A stretch of DNA of 56,067 nt. It comes from Frankiales bacterium. Its GTDB lineage: Bacteria; Actinomycetota; Actinomycetes; Mycobacteriales; SCTD01. Position 1 is the first letter of the stretch, and each line of letters starts with the position of its first letter. This document shows, in pieces, positions 19,059 to 27,443 of this stretch. Made by a program: the position numbers and the translations under genes. The stretch spans positions 1-56,067 of the forward strand of contig JAOPVZ010000308.1 in NCBI GenBank assembly GCA_025965935.1, read 5' to 3'. Below the pieces are notes generated by a model, which had not been told where the DNA came from, ran no database searches, and worked only from the letters and a program-made list of their open reading frames with translations.

Positions 19059-20077
19059 GCGCTCAGCTCCAGCTCCAGCGCGGCCAGCGCCGCGATGACG
19101 TCGTCGTGCGCAAGGTCCTCCAGGCACGGGTGGCCGGGCACCGGGCAGGCTCGGGCCCGGGTACCGCGACAGGCGGCCCACTGGTCGCCGAGCACGACGC
19201 ACGGCACGCCCCATGGCTTCCACCTCTCGACAGGCACCACCGGCGAGAACAGGGAGACCACCGGCGCGCCGACGGCCGCCGCCAGGTGCGCTGGTCCGGT
19301 GTTGCCGACGACGACCGCGGTGGCCCGTCGCAGGACGTCGGCCAGCTCCGCGAGGCTCGTCCTACCCCCGAGGTCGGTGGCCTGGTCCCCGCTGACCTCC
19401 TGGGTGAGCTGCATCTCGTGGGGTCCACCGGTCACGACCACCCGCCGACCGAGCCCGGTCAGCCGGCAAACGAGCTCGCGCAGCCACGCTGAGGAGGTTG
19501 CACGGCTAGGTACCGAGGCGCCGGGATGCACCACCACGTAAGGCGATGAGCCCGTCAGGTGGCTGGCGCTGGGAAGCGGTCGCCGGACGGCGAGCCGGTT
19601 GTCGAACGGGTCGCCGGCCGAGGGGTAGCCGGCCGCCTCGACGAGGGACAGCATCCGCTGGACCTCGTGCAGGCCGCGCTCCGGCGGCCGGTGCCGCAGA
19701 TCGAGCAGCGAGCCCGGGTAGTCGTGGCTGATGGCGCCGACCCACGGCACCCCCGCCAACCTGAGCAGCAAGGCCGTGGGCAACGGGCTCTGCGAGGCAG
19801 AGGTCAGCACGAGCGCCGCCTCAGGTCGGGTTTCCTGGAGGCGAGCAACCGTCTCGCCGACGTCCGCGGGGTCCACCGGCTGCGGCTCGGGGTCGACCCA
19901 GGGACACCGCCAGACGATCACCTCGTCCACCCCCGGCAGCAGCCGCGCAGCGGCTTTGCCGCGCGGTCCGCACAGCAGCAGCAGCCTGTCGCAGCCGCGG
20001 CGCACCGCACGCAGCGCAGGTCCGGACAGCAGGACGTCACCGTCACTGTCGAGCCGCGCCACCAGCACGGTGCTCAT
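19055..20077 (-). CDS. Glycosyltransferase family 9 (heptosyltransferase-like)
   Basis: The ATG at 20077 overlaps the gmhB stop (ATGA). MSTVLVARLDSDGDVLLSGPALRAVRR is GT9-like. Confidence 0.75.
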   Translation of the reverse strand: MSTVLVARLDSDGDVLLSGPALRAVRRGCDRLLLLCGPRGKAAARLLPGVDEVIVWRCPWVDPEPQPVDPADVGETVARLQETRPEAALVLTSASQSPLPTALLLRLAGVPWVGAISHDYPGSLLDLRHRPPERGLHEVQRMLSLVEAAGYPSAGDPFDNRLAVRRPLPSASHLTGSSPYVVVHPGASVPSRATSSAWLRELVCRLTGLGRRVVVTGGPHEMQLTQEVSGDQATDLGGRTSLAELADVLRRATAVVVGNTGPAHLAAAVGAPVVSLFSPVVPVERWKPWGVPCVVLGDQWAACRGTRARACPVPGHPCLEDLAHDDVIAALAALELELSA

Positions 20078-20613
20078 GGGGCACCAAGGAGGATGTCGAC
20101 CGCCTCGTCGAACCTGGTGGCCACCGCGGGAGCAGTGCTGATCTCCTCGACCCGGGTGGCCTCGGTCGGGACCAGGACCGAACGGGCGCCCACGGCAGCT
20201 GCGGCCTCCACGTCCGCACCGATGTCGCCGATGACCGCGCACCGCTCAACGGCGACGCCCAGCAGCTCCGCGGCTCTGCGGAGCAGCCCGGACGCCGGCT
20301 TGCGGCAGCCGCAGCCGTCGTCCCGACCGTGCGGGCAGATGACGAACGGTCCAAGCGGACCGAGCAGCTGGTCGAGGCGCCGGTTCACGGCGTCGACCTG
20401 CTTGCCGGTCAGCAAGCCGCGCGCGATGCCGCTCTGGTTCGACACCACCGCCGTCGGCACTCCTGCCGCCCGCAGCCGGGCAAGTCCCTCGGGCACGCCG
20501 GGCAGCACGGCGACCTTGTCCGGATCGCCGTTGTACGGCACATCAGCGACGAGCGTGCCGTCCCGATCGAGCAGGACGGCCGCAGGGGGCTGCACAAGCG
20601 GCATGGGCGGCAC
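20074..20613 (-). CDS. gmhB: D,D-heptose 1,7-bisphosphate phosphatase (HAD-IIIA)
   Basis: DRDGTL motif I, SNQSG, and the CGCRKP zinc-loop motif typical of GmhB. Confidence 0.8.
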   Translation of the reverse strand: MPPMPLVQPPAAVLLDRDGTLVADVPYNGDPDKVAVLPGVPEGLARLRAAGVPTAVVSNQSGIARGLLTGKQVDAVNRRLDQLLGPLGPFVICPHGRDDGCGCRKPASGLLRRAAELLGVAVERCAVIGDIGADVEAAAAVGARSVLVPTEATRVEEISTAPAVATRFDEAVDILLGAP

Positions 20614-20644
20614 GTGTCCCGCCTGGCCTGATCAAAACAAAGCT

Positions 20645-20654
20645 CTTCCGGAAG
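20645..20654. promoter_or_regulatory. Perfect 10-bp palindrome CTTCCGGAAG in a divergent promoter region
   Basis: Read directly from the sequence. It sits in the AT-richer gap between gmhB (minus) and the receiver-like paralogue 2 (plus). Confidence 0.3.
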
Positions 20655-20871
20655 TTCTCCTTTACCTGCAGGCAAACCGGAGACGCGCTGGTGCCGACGG
20701 ATCACCGAACGTGGTATCACGCCAGAAGCGGGTACCAGGATGGGGCAGCTCGGAGAGAGCCGTGGCCGCGACCCGAACGGCGCCGGCCGTGACAGAGGCA
20801 GGATCGCCGCAACCGACCGGACTTGCCGTCGCGCGGGAACCGCATTTTCCCGCCCGTCACCAGGAGCCCCT

Positions 20872-21525
20872 GTGAGGCACCCGACGAGCACCACCGACCT
20901 TGCCATCAGCACCCATGACCTGCCGTTGGGCAGCCGGCGACGCGGCCTCGACCTCGTCCAGCGCCAGCTCGTCGCTGTCGAGGCGTTCACACGGGATCGG
21001 GTGAAGGCGCAACGGGCGCTCGAGGTCACGGCGCGCACTCGCGAGACCAGGATGGACGTCGTTCGCCGCCTCGATGTGCTGCGGCGCGAGCAGGAGATGC
21101 TCGTGGCCCGAGCCCACCAGCAGCTCGGCGAGACGGGCGACCTGCTCAGGGCGCCATCGGGGCGCCGGGCCGTCATCGCCCATCGGAACGCGTGGTTCGC
21201 CAGCAAGCTCGCCGAGCTGCTCGCCCAGGCCGACGTTCAGCTGCTCGAGCGCGTGGACAACGGAGCCGACGCGGTCGGTCTCGTGGTCGCCGAGCAGCCT
21301 GACCTGCTCTTCGTGGAGGACAGCCTGCTCATGGTGACCGGTGACGAGGTCATCCAGGAAGCACGGCGCTTCTGCCCGAGCACCCGAATCGGCGCGCGGG
21401 TCGAGTACGACGAGCGGGTCGGTGTCCTCTTGGACGCCGGCGCTGACATGGTCGCCACCCGCCAGGTTCCTCCACTGCGGGTCGCGCAGCAGCTACTCGC
21501 GCTCGTCGGGACCCCCGCAGGTTGA
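20872..21525 (+). CDS. Atypical receiver (REC-like) domain protein with N-terminal coiled coil, paralogue 2
   Basis: CAGGAG lies 5 nt upstream of the GTG at 20872. Shared blocks with 8957-9601 include HRNAW/HRNEW, NGADAVG/DGADGLG, EQPDLLFVED/EQPDLLLIED and LDAGADMV/LEAGAQAV. Confidence 0.6.
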   Translation: MRHPTSTTDLAISTHDLPLGSRRRGLDLVQRQLVAVEAFTRDRVKAQRALEVTARTRETRMDVVRRLDVLRREQEMLVARAHQQLGETGDLLRAPSGRRAVIAHRNAWFASKLAELLAQADVQLLERVDNGADAVGLVVAEQPDLLFVEDSLLMVTGDEVIQEARRFCPSTRIGARVEYDERVGVLLDAGADMVATRQVPPLRVAQQLLALVGTPAG

Positions 21526-21562
21526 GCCGCCTGGTCAGTCCGCCGCAGACCTCGGGGAGCGC

Positions 21563-23368
21563 ATGAAATCCGCGCACCGCGGACACAAGCACGTCGTGGG
21601 AGCCAGTGCCGGCCTGGTCATGCCGCAGGCTCGCGTGCCGCGCACGCCGCCGCGCCGTCGCGGCGGCCTGTGGGCAGCTCTCAGCTACATCGGGTTGTCG
21701 GTCTGGCTGTTCCGTCGCGTCCTCGTGGACCCCGTCTCGCGTGCGCCCTTGGGCGGAGGCGGCGACGTCGCGCAGATGTGCTGGTTCCTTGCTCGCACGG
21801 CCAGAGCGGTCACGCACGGGCAGAACCTCTTCGTCGCGCACGAGATCAACGCACCCGTGGGCGTCAACCTGATGTGGAACACCGCGATGCTGCCGGTCGG
21901 GGTGCTCATGTCACCGGTGACGCTGCGGTGGGGACCCATCACCTCGTTCAACATCATGATGCTCCTTGCCCCCGTTGCGACGGCCATCTCCGGACGCTGG
22001 TGGCTCTCGCGGCACGTCGACAGCGAGTTCGCCCGCTGGGTGGGGGGTGCCGCCATCGGCTTCAGCCCCTTCGTGAGCGCCCACCTGGGCGGGCACCTGA
22101 ACTTCGTGCTGCTGCCGCTGGTGCCGGTCATCCTTCGACTGCTCGAGGACGTGCTGTGGCGGCACCCTCAGAGCTTGCCCCGGGCCGCCGTCCTCGGGCT
22201 GGTGCTCGCCGTCCAGGCGCTGCTCAGCGAGGAGGTCGTCATCCTGCTGGCCGTCGGCCTCGGTCTGGCAGCAGTGCTCTTCTTCGTCAGGCAACCGCGT
22301 GACGTCGTGCGGGTGGGCCCCCTGCTCCCGCGCCTGGGTGTGGCGGCGGGCGTGGCGACCTTGCTCCTGGCGTGGCTGCTCGCGGTCCAGCTGCTCGGTC
22401 CTGATCGGGTCAGCGGGGTGGACCCGTCCGCCCATCACGCGCAGCTGCGGGACCTGGTGGTGCCGAGCACCAGGCTTGCCCTCGGCTCGCTCAGCGAGAC
22501 GACCGAGCTGGAGCGACGCGGCACCTCGCGGTTCGAGGACGCCACCTACGTCGGCGCACCGGCACTGCTCCTGCTGGCCGGCACCGTCGTCGGGTGGTGG
22601 GGTCGGCGTGCTGTCCGGGTCGCTGCGGGCACCGCGGTGCTCGCCTTCGTGCTGGCGCTCGGCAACGGCGGGCAGGGGAGCGGCGCCACCGGGTTCACCC
22701 ACCCGGCCGGGTTCCTGTTCGCCGTACCCGGCCTATCCAGCGTGGCCCCGCAGCGGTTCGGGCTGGTGCTCGACGTGTGCCTGGCCTGGCTCCTGGCGCA
22801 GGTCTGCGAGGCCTTGGTACGACGAAGGCAGCGTGTCCTCATCCCTGCCGGCGCACTCGTGGCCGCGATGCTGGTGTCCTGGATGCCGGCGTCCCCCGAG
22901 CAGCAGGTCGACGCGGCAGTCCCGGCCTTCTTCACCTCGGGCGCTGCCACTTCCCTTGCGGGGCAGACGGTTGTGCTCCTCCCGGCGCCACACCGCTCCG
23001 ATGACCGGGCGATGCTCTACCAGGCGGTCGCAGGTCTGCCCTTCCGCATGCTGGGCGGCTATGCGCTGACCGTCGACCGTCGTGGCCGGCAGGTGAGCGA
23101 CGCACCGGCGGATCCCGTGACGCAACTGGCCGGCGCACCCGGAACACCCACCGTCGCCCAGGTGTGCGCTGCGCGGCGAGCCCTGGTCAACGACGGGGTG
23201 GACGCGGTGGCAGTCGTTCGGCACGACGATGCCGGTGGCCGCCTGGCGACCGCAGCCGCCACCGTGCTTGGCGGGCCGGGGCGCGAGCTCCGGGGCGTCG
23301 AGCTGTGGCACGTCAGGGGGCAGTCGCCTTGCCCGACGGGCCTGCGCCCGCGGCTCATTCGGCGCTGA
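21563..23368 (+). CDS. Large polytopic membrane protein, possible GT-C-type glycosyltransferase/polymerase
   Basis: About 601 aa from the ATG at 21563, with many hydrophobic segments followed by a soluble C-terminal region. The function is inferred only from topology and the neighbouring glycan genes. Confidence 0.45.
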   Translation: MKSAHRGHKHVVGASAGLVMPQARVPRTPPRRRGGLWAALSYIGLSVWLFRRVLVDPVSRAPLGGGGDVAQMCWFLARTARAVTHGQNLFVAHEINAPVGVNLMWNTAMLPVGVLMSPVTLRWGPITSFNIMMLLAPVATAISGRWWLSRHVDSEFARWVGGAAIGFSPFVSAHLGGHLNFVLLPLVPVILRLLEDVLWRHPQSLPRAAVLGLVLAVQALLSEEVVILLAVGLGLAAVLFFVRQPRDVVRVGPLLPRLGVAAGVATLLLAWLLAVQLLGPDRVSGVDPSAHHAQLRDLVVPSTRLALGSLSETTELERRGTSRFEDATYVGAPALLLLAGTVVGWWGRRAVRVAAGTAVLAFVLALGNGGQGSGATGFTHPAGFLFAVPGLSSVAPQRFGLVLDVCLAWLLAQVCEALVRRRQRVLIPAGALVAAMLVSWMPASPEQQVDAAVPAFFTSGAATSLAGQTVVLLPAPHRSDDRAMLYQAVAGLPFRMLGGYALTVDRRGRQVSDAPADPVTQLAGAPGTPTVAQVCAARRALVNDGVDAVAVVRHDDAGGRLATAAATVLGGPGRELRGVELWHVRGQSPCPTGLRPRLIRR

Positions 23369-23618
23369 GCCGTCGCTGTGCCTCCGAACGACCGTCCGCT
23401 CCGGCGAGGGAAAGCTCGAAGGCGTACCAGCGTTGCGCACGCATCTCGCTGCGCACCAGGACGATCACGGAGACGAGAGGCACGGACAGCATGGCGGTTC
23501 CGGCCCAGCGCCCATCGAGCAGCCAGCCACACCAGGCGGCCGCGATGCCCACGACCACACCCATCAGCGCGGCGACCTGGCCCCAGGTGACCGATTGCGG
23601 GCGGTCCGCGGACTTCAT
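23355..23618 (-). CDS. Small membrane protein coupled to ctaD
   Basis: 87 aa from the ATG at 23618, overlapping the ctaD stop (ATGA), with two hydrophobic segments. It may be an oxidase accessory subunit. Confidence 0.45.
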   Translation of the reverse strand: MKSADRPQSVTWGQVAALMGVVVGIAAAWCGWLLDGRWAGTAMLSVPLVSVIVLVRSEMRAQRWYAFELSLAGADGRSEAQRRLSAE

Positions 23619-25300
23619 GGCGACAGCGCAGGTTCCTCGGGTACGGCGGGATGTGCGTCCCGGACGGGGTGGTGCAGGTCGAAGGCGGGACGCTCGGAGC
23701 GGATTCGCGGCATCGTGACGAAGTTGTGCCGGGGTGGCGGGCACGACGTCGCCCACTCCAGTGAGTTGCCGTACCCCCACGGGTCGTCGGGCAGCTGGCG
23801 CCGCGGCCGCTTGAACGTCAGCAGCAGGTTGAAGAAGAACGGCAGGGTCGAGATCGCTGTGAGGAAGGCACCGATGGTGGAGACGGTGTGCAGCGTGGTG
23901 AAGCCGTCACTGGCGCGGTAGTTGGCGTAGCGGCGCGGCATCCCCTGTGCGCCGAGCCAGTGCTGCACCAGGAACGTCGTGTGGAAGCCGACGAAGGTCA
24001 GCCAGAAGTGGATCTTGCCGAGCCGGTCGTCGAGCATCCGCCCAGTCATCTTCGGGAACCAGAAGTACACGCCTGCGAAGCCACCCATGACTGCCGTCGG
24101 GAACAGCACGTAGTGCATGTGAGCGACGAGGAAGTACGTGTCCGACACGTGGAAGTCGATCGGCGGGCTGGCGAGCATGACCCCTGTGAGGCCGCCGAGC
24201 AGGAAGCTGACGAGGAAGCCGATGCAGAACAGCATCGGTGTCTCCAAGGAGATGGCGCCCCGCCACATCGTGCCGATCCAGTTGAAGAACTTCACCCCCG
24301 TCGGGACCGCGATCAGGAAGGACAGCAGGCTGAAGAACGGCAGCAGCACAGCGCCCGTGGCGAACATGTGGTGCGCCCAGACCGTCATGGACAGCGCCCC
24401 GATACCGATGGTCGCGAAGATGATGCCCTTGTAGCCGAACAGCGGCTTGCGGCTGAAGACAGGGATCACCTCGGTGACGACGCCGAAGAACGGCAACGCG
24501 ACGATGTAGACCTCGGGATGGCCGAAGAACCAGAAGACGTGCTGCCACAGGATCGGGCCGGCGTGGCTCGAGTCGAAGACATGGGCCCCCATGCGCCGGT
24601 CGGCCTCCAGGGCGAACAGCGCCGCAGTCAGGACCGGGAACGCCATCAGGGCCAGGATGCTGGTCACCAGCATGTTCCAGGTGAAGATCGGCATCCGGAA
24701 CATCGTCATGCCGGGTGCGCGCAAGGTGATGATCGTGGTGATGAAGTTGACGGCGCCCAGGATGGTGCCGAGCCCGGAGGTGATGAGCCCGACGATCCAG
24801 AGGTCGGAGCCGATGTTGGGCGAGTGGATGATGTCGTTGAGCGGCGCGTAGGCGAACCACCCGAAGTCGGCCGATCCGGACGGCGTCAGGAAGCCGGCCA
24901 TCACCGTGAGACCGCCGAACAGGTAGAGCCAGTAGGCGAACGCGTTGAGGCGGGGGAACGACACGTCCGGGGCGCCGATCTGCAGCGGCATGATGAAGTT
25001 CGTGAAGGCGAAGGCCAGCTGCGGCGCGAACAGGAACATCATGATCGTTCCGTGCATCGTGACGGCCTGGTTGTACTGCTCCTCCGACAGCATCTGGAGC
25101 CCGGGCCGGGCCAGCTCGGCGCGCATAGCCATGGCCAGCAGCCCCGATGCCAGGAAGAAGCCGAAGGACGTGCAGAGGTACAGGATCCCGATCACCTTGT
25201 GGTCCGTGGTGGTCAGGACCCTGACCAGGTTGCCACCGGGTGACCGGTCGCGAGGAGGCGGGACTCCCACGGTCCTGGTGCGCGCATCCAAGACTGTCAT
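23615..25300 (-). CDS. ctaD: Cytochrome c oxidase (aa3-type) subunit I
   Basis: 561 aa with haem-copper oxidase subunit I signatures throughout ([25 protein letters not shown]). Confidence 0.95.
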   Translation of the reverse strand: MTVLDARTRTVGVPPPRDRSPGGNLVRVLTTTDHKVIGILYLCTSFGFFLASGLLAMAMRAELARPGLQMLSEEQYNQAVTMHGTIMMFLFAPQLAFAFTNFIMPLQIGAPDVSFPRLNAFAYWLYLFGGLTVMAGFLTPSGSADFGWFAYAPLNDIIHSPNIGSDLWIVGLITSGLGTILGAVNFITTIITLRAPGMTMFRMPIFTWNMLVTSILALMAFPVLTAALFALEADRRMGAHVFDSSHAGPILWQHVFWFFGHPEVYIVALPFFGVVTEVIPVFSRKPLFGYKGIIFATIGIGALSMTVWAHHMFATGAVLLPFFSLLSFLIAVPTGVKFFNWIGTMWRGAISLETPMLFCIGFLVSFLLGGLTGVMLASPPIDFHVSDTYFLVAHMHYVLFPTAVMGGFAGVYFWFPKMTGRMLDDRLGKIHFWLTFVGFHTTFLVQHWLGAQGMPRRYANYRASDGFTTLHTVSTIGAFLTAISTLPFFFNLLLTFKRPRRQLPDDPWGYGNSLEWATSCPPPRHNFVTMPRIRSERPAFDLHHPVRDAHPAVPEEPALSP

Positions 25301-25420
25301 CGGCAGCTCCCAGGAGGCTGTGCCGTCCCTCGGGAATGCGCCTGCCAGGTTGATCTAAACCCGGATCCGACAGCGGGTCACCGCAGGTGTGAGTGGCGGG
25401 CGCCGGGGGACCGGGAGCGG

Positions 25421-26251
25421 ATGGCGGCTCCCCGTGTGACGGTGGTGGTCGTGACGCGCGACCGCGGTCCGGAGCTCGGGCGCTCGCTACCCCACCACGC
25501 GGATCTCCCCGTGATCGTCATCGACAACGACTCGTCCGACGACAGCGCGGCCGTGGCTCGGGCGTCAGGTGCGCGGGTCGAGCAGCTCCGTCACAACGCC
25601 GGCGCTGCCGGGCGCAACCTCGGGGTGGAGCTGGCCACGACGCCGTACGTGGCTTTCGCCGACGACGACAGCTGGTGGGCGCCGGGAGCGCTCGACCGGG
25701 CCGTCGCGATCCTCGACCTGCACCCGGAGCTCGCCCTGGTGGCCGCTCGGGTGCTCGTCGGCGAGCAGGGGAGGACCGATGCGGTCTGCCAAGCCATGTC
25801 CGCCTCGCCCCTGCCCCCTACCGGCGTGGGTCCTCAGGTGCTCGGCTTCCTGGCCTGCGGTGCGGTCGTGCGGCGGGACGCCTTCCTGCAGGTCGGTGGC
25901 TTCAGCAGCCGCTACGAGACGGGTGGCGAGGAAGGACTGCTGGCCCTCGACCTCGCTGCCGCCGGCTACCAGCTGGCGTACGCCCAGGACGTCGTGGCGC
26001 ATCACCACCCGTCGTCCAAGCGGCGGTCGTCACACCGTCGGGTGGTCGAGGCCCGCAACGCGCTCTGGACCGTCTGGCTGCGTCGTCCGGTCGTGTCGGG
26101 TCTCGTCGCGGCCGCCCGCGCGACCCGCACTTCGGACGGCCGGGCCGGCCTGCTCGCGGCGCTCTCCGGAATGCGCTGGGTCGTCGCTGACCGCCGCCGG
26201 TTGCCGCCGGACGTCGAGGAGCTCGCTGCTCGGTTGGCGCGGCAGTACTGA
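25421..26251 (+). CDS. Glycosyltransferase family 2
   Basis: VTVVVVTRDRG, IDNDSSDDS, NAGAAGRN and FADDD are GT2 signatures. Confidence 0.75.
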   Translation: MAAPRVTVVVVTRDRGPELGRSLPHHADLPVIVIDNDSSDDSAAVARASGARVEQLRHNAGAAGRNLGVELATTPYVAFADDDSWWAPGALDRAVAILDLHPELALVAARVLVGEQGRTDAVCQAMSASPLPPTGVGPQVLGFLACGAVVRRDAFLQVGGFSSRYETGGEEGLLALDLAAAGYQLAYAQDVVAHHHPSSKRRSSHRRVVEARNALWTVWLRRPVVSGLVAAARATRTSDGRAGLLAALSGMRWVVADRRRLPPDVEELAARLARQY

Positions 26252-26267
26252 GCTCGCCGGCTGCACA

Positions 26268-26291
26268 ATGCCGGGAAGGATGCCGGGAAGG
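26268..26291. repeat. Perfect tandem duplication of the 12-mer ATGCCGGGAAGG
   Basis: Read directly: the units occupy 26268-26279 and 26280-26291, in the gap upstream of the GT4/debranching-type pair. Confidence 0.9.
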
Positions 26292-26429
26292 TTGCATGGC
26301 ACCGGTGGGGGTAGCCGCTTGGTGTCGCGGCCGGGTGCCGCGACGCGAGCGGAGGCTGACGTTGGCCACACCAAGGTGGGTCGACCCCCAGCCCGTCTGC
26401 GGCATCGACCCGGAACGACCGGCGCGACC

Positions 26430-27443
26430 ATGAGGATCGGAGTCCTCGCGCCGCCGTGGCTGCCCGTTCCGCCGACGTCGTACGGCGGGATCGAGGCGGC
26501 GGTCGACCTGCTCGTGCGGGGTCTCACGCAGCAAGGCGTCGACGTGGTCCTCTGGACGGTGGGGGACAGCAGCGCACCGGTGCCGAAGCGCTACGCCGTT
26601 CAGAGCGCCGTCGGTGACATGAACTCGCTCCCGGAGGAGCTCGCCCACGTGGCACTTGGCTACGCAGCACTCGCGGACTGCGACCTGGTGCACGACCACA
26701 CGGTGGCGGGACCAGCGTGGTCGTTGAGCGTCGGTCGACGGTGTGTGGTCACCACCTGCCACGCACCGATGGAGGGACTGCTCGCACCCGTCTACCGGGA
26801 GTACTCCTGGCGGCTCCCTGTCATCGCCATCTCCCACGACCAGGCAAGCCGCGCCCCTGAGGTCCGGGTCGCTCGGGTCATCCACCACGGCATCGACGTC
26901 GGGCGGTACCCGCCGGGCACCGGGGACGGGGAGTACTTGCTGTTCCTGGGGAGGATGGCTCCGGAGAAGGGCGCGGCGGAAGCCGTGCAGGTGGCACGGG
27001 CCACAGGCATGCCGCTCAAGATCGCCGCGAAGATGCGCGATGCCGACGAGCAGGAGTACTTCGCCTCGGAGGTGGAGCCCTTGCTCGGTGGCGGTGTGGA
27101 GTACCTCGGCGAGGTCGGCGGAGACGACAAGCTGCGCCTGCTCGGGGCCGCCCGCGCCCTGCTCAACCCGATCCGCTGGCCGGAGCCGTTCGGCATGGTC
27201 ATGATCGAGGCGCTGGCCTGCGGGACGCCGGTGGTGACCTACCCGCACGGCGCTGCCCCGGAGATCGTCGACGACGGGAAGACCGGCTTCCTCTGCCGGG
27301 ACCATGCCGGCATGGTGGAGGCGCTGGCCGACCTCGACACCCTGGATCGGCAGGTGTGCCGCAGGACGGTCGTCGAGCGCTTCTCGGCGGAGGCCATGGT
27401 GGCAGCACACCTCGAGCTGTACGAGCAGCTCCTGTGCCGATGA
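26430..27443 (+). CDS. Glycosyltransferase family 4
   Basis: Starting at the ATG at 26430 gives MRIGVLAPPWLPVPPTSYGGIE. The C-terminal motif EPFGMVMIEALACGTPV is typical of GT4. The ORF-track upstream extension was rejected. Confidence 0.8.
   Translation: MRIGVLAPPWLPVPPTSYGGIEAAVDLLVRGLTQQGVDVVLWTVGDSSAPVPKRYAVQSAVGDMNSLPEELAHVALGYAALADCDLVHDHTVAGPAWSLSVGRRCVVTTCHAPMEGLLAPVYREYSWRLPVIAISHDQASRAPEVRVARVIHHGIDVGRYPPGTGDGEYLLFLGRMAPEKGAAEAVQVARATGMPLKIAAKMRDADEQEYFASEVEPLLGGGVEYLGEVGGDDKLRLLGAARALLNPIRWPEPFGMVMIEALACGTPVVTYPHGAAPEIVDDGKTGFLCRDHAGMVEALADLDTLDRQVCRRTVVERFSAEAMVAAHLELYEQLLCR

Noticed and set aside
13913-20875. A chain of long plus-strand ORFs (13913-15556, 15878-17554, 17886-19541, 19559-20875) lies opposite the heptose operon.
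   Set aside because: Each is antisense to a gene with clear family motifs (carbamoyltransferase, hldE, GT4, GT9, gmhB), and their translations are low-complexity.
23888-25243. 451-aa plus-strand ORF lies opposite ctaD.
   Set aside because: ctaD is unambiguous. The antisense translation is a charged, repetitive, shadow-frame product.
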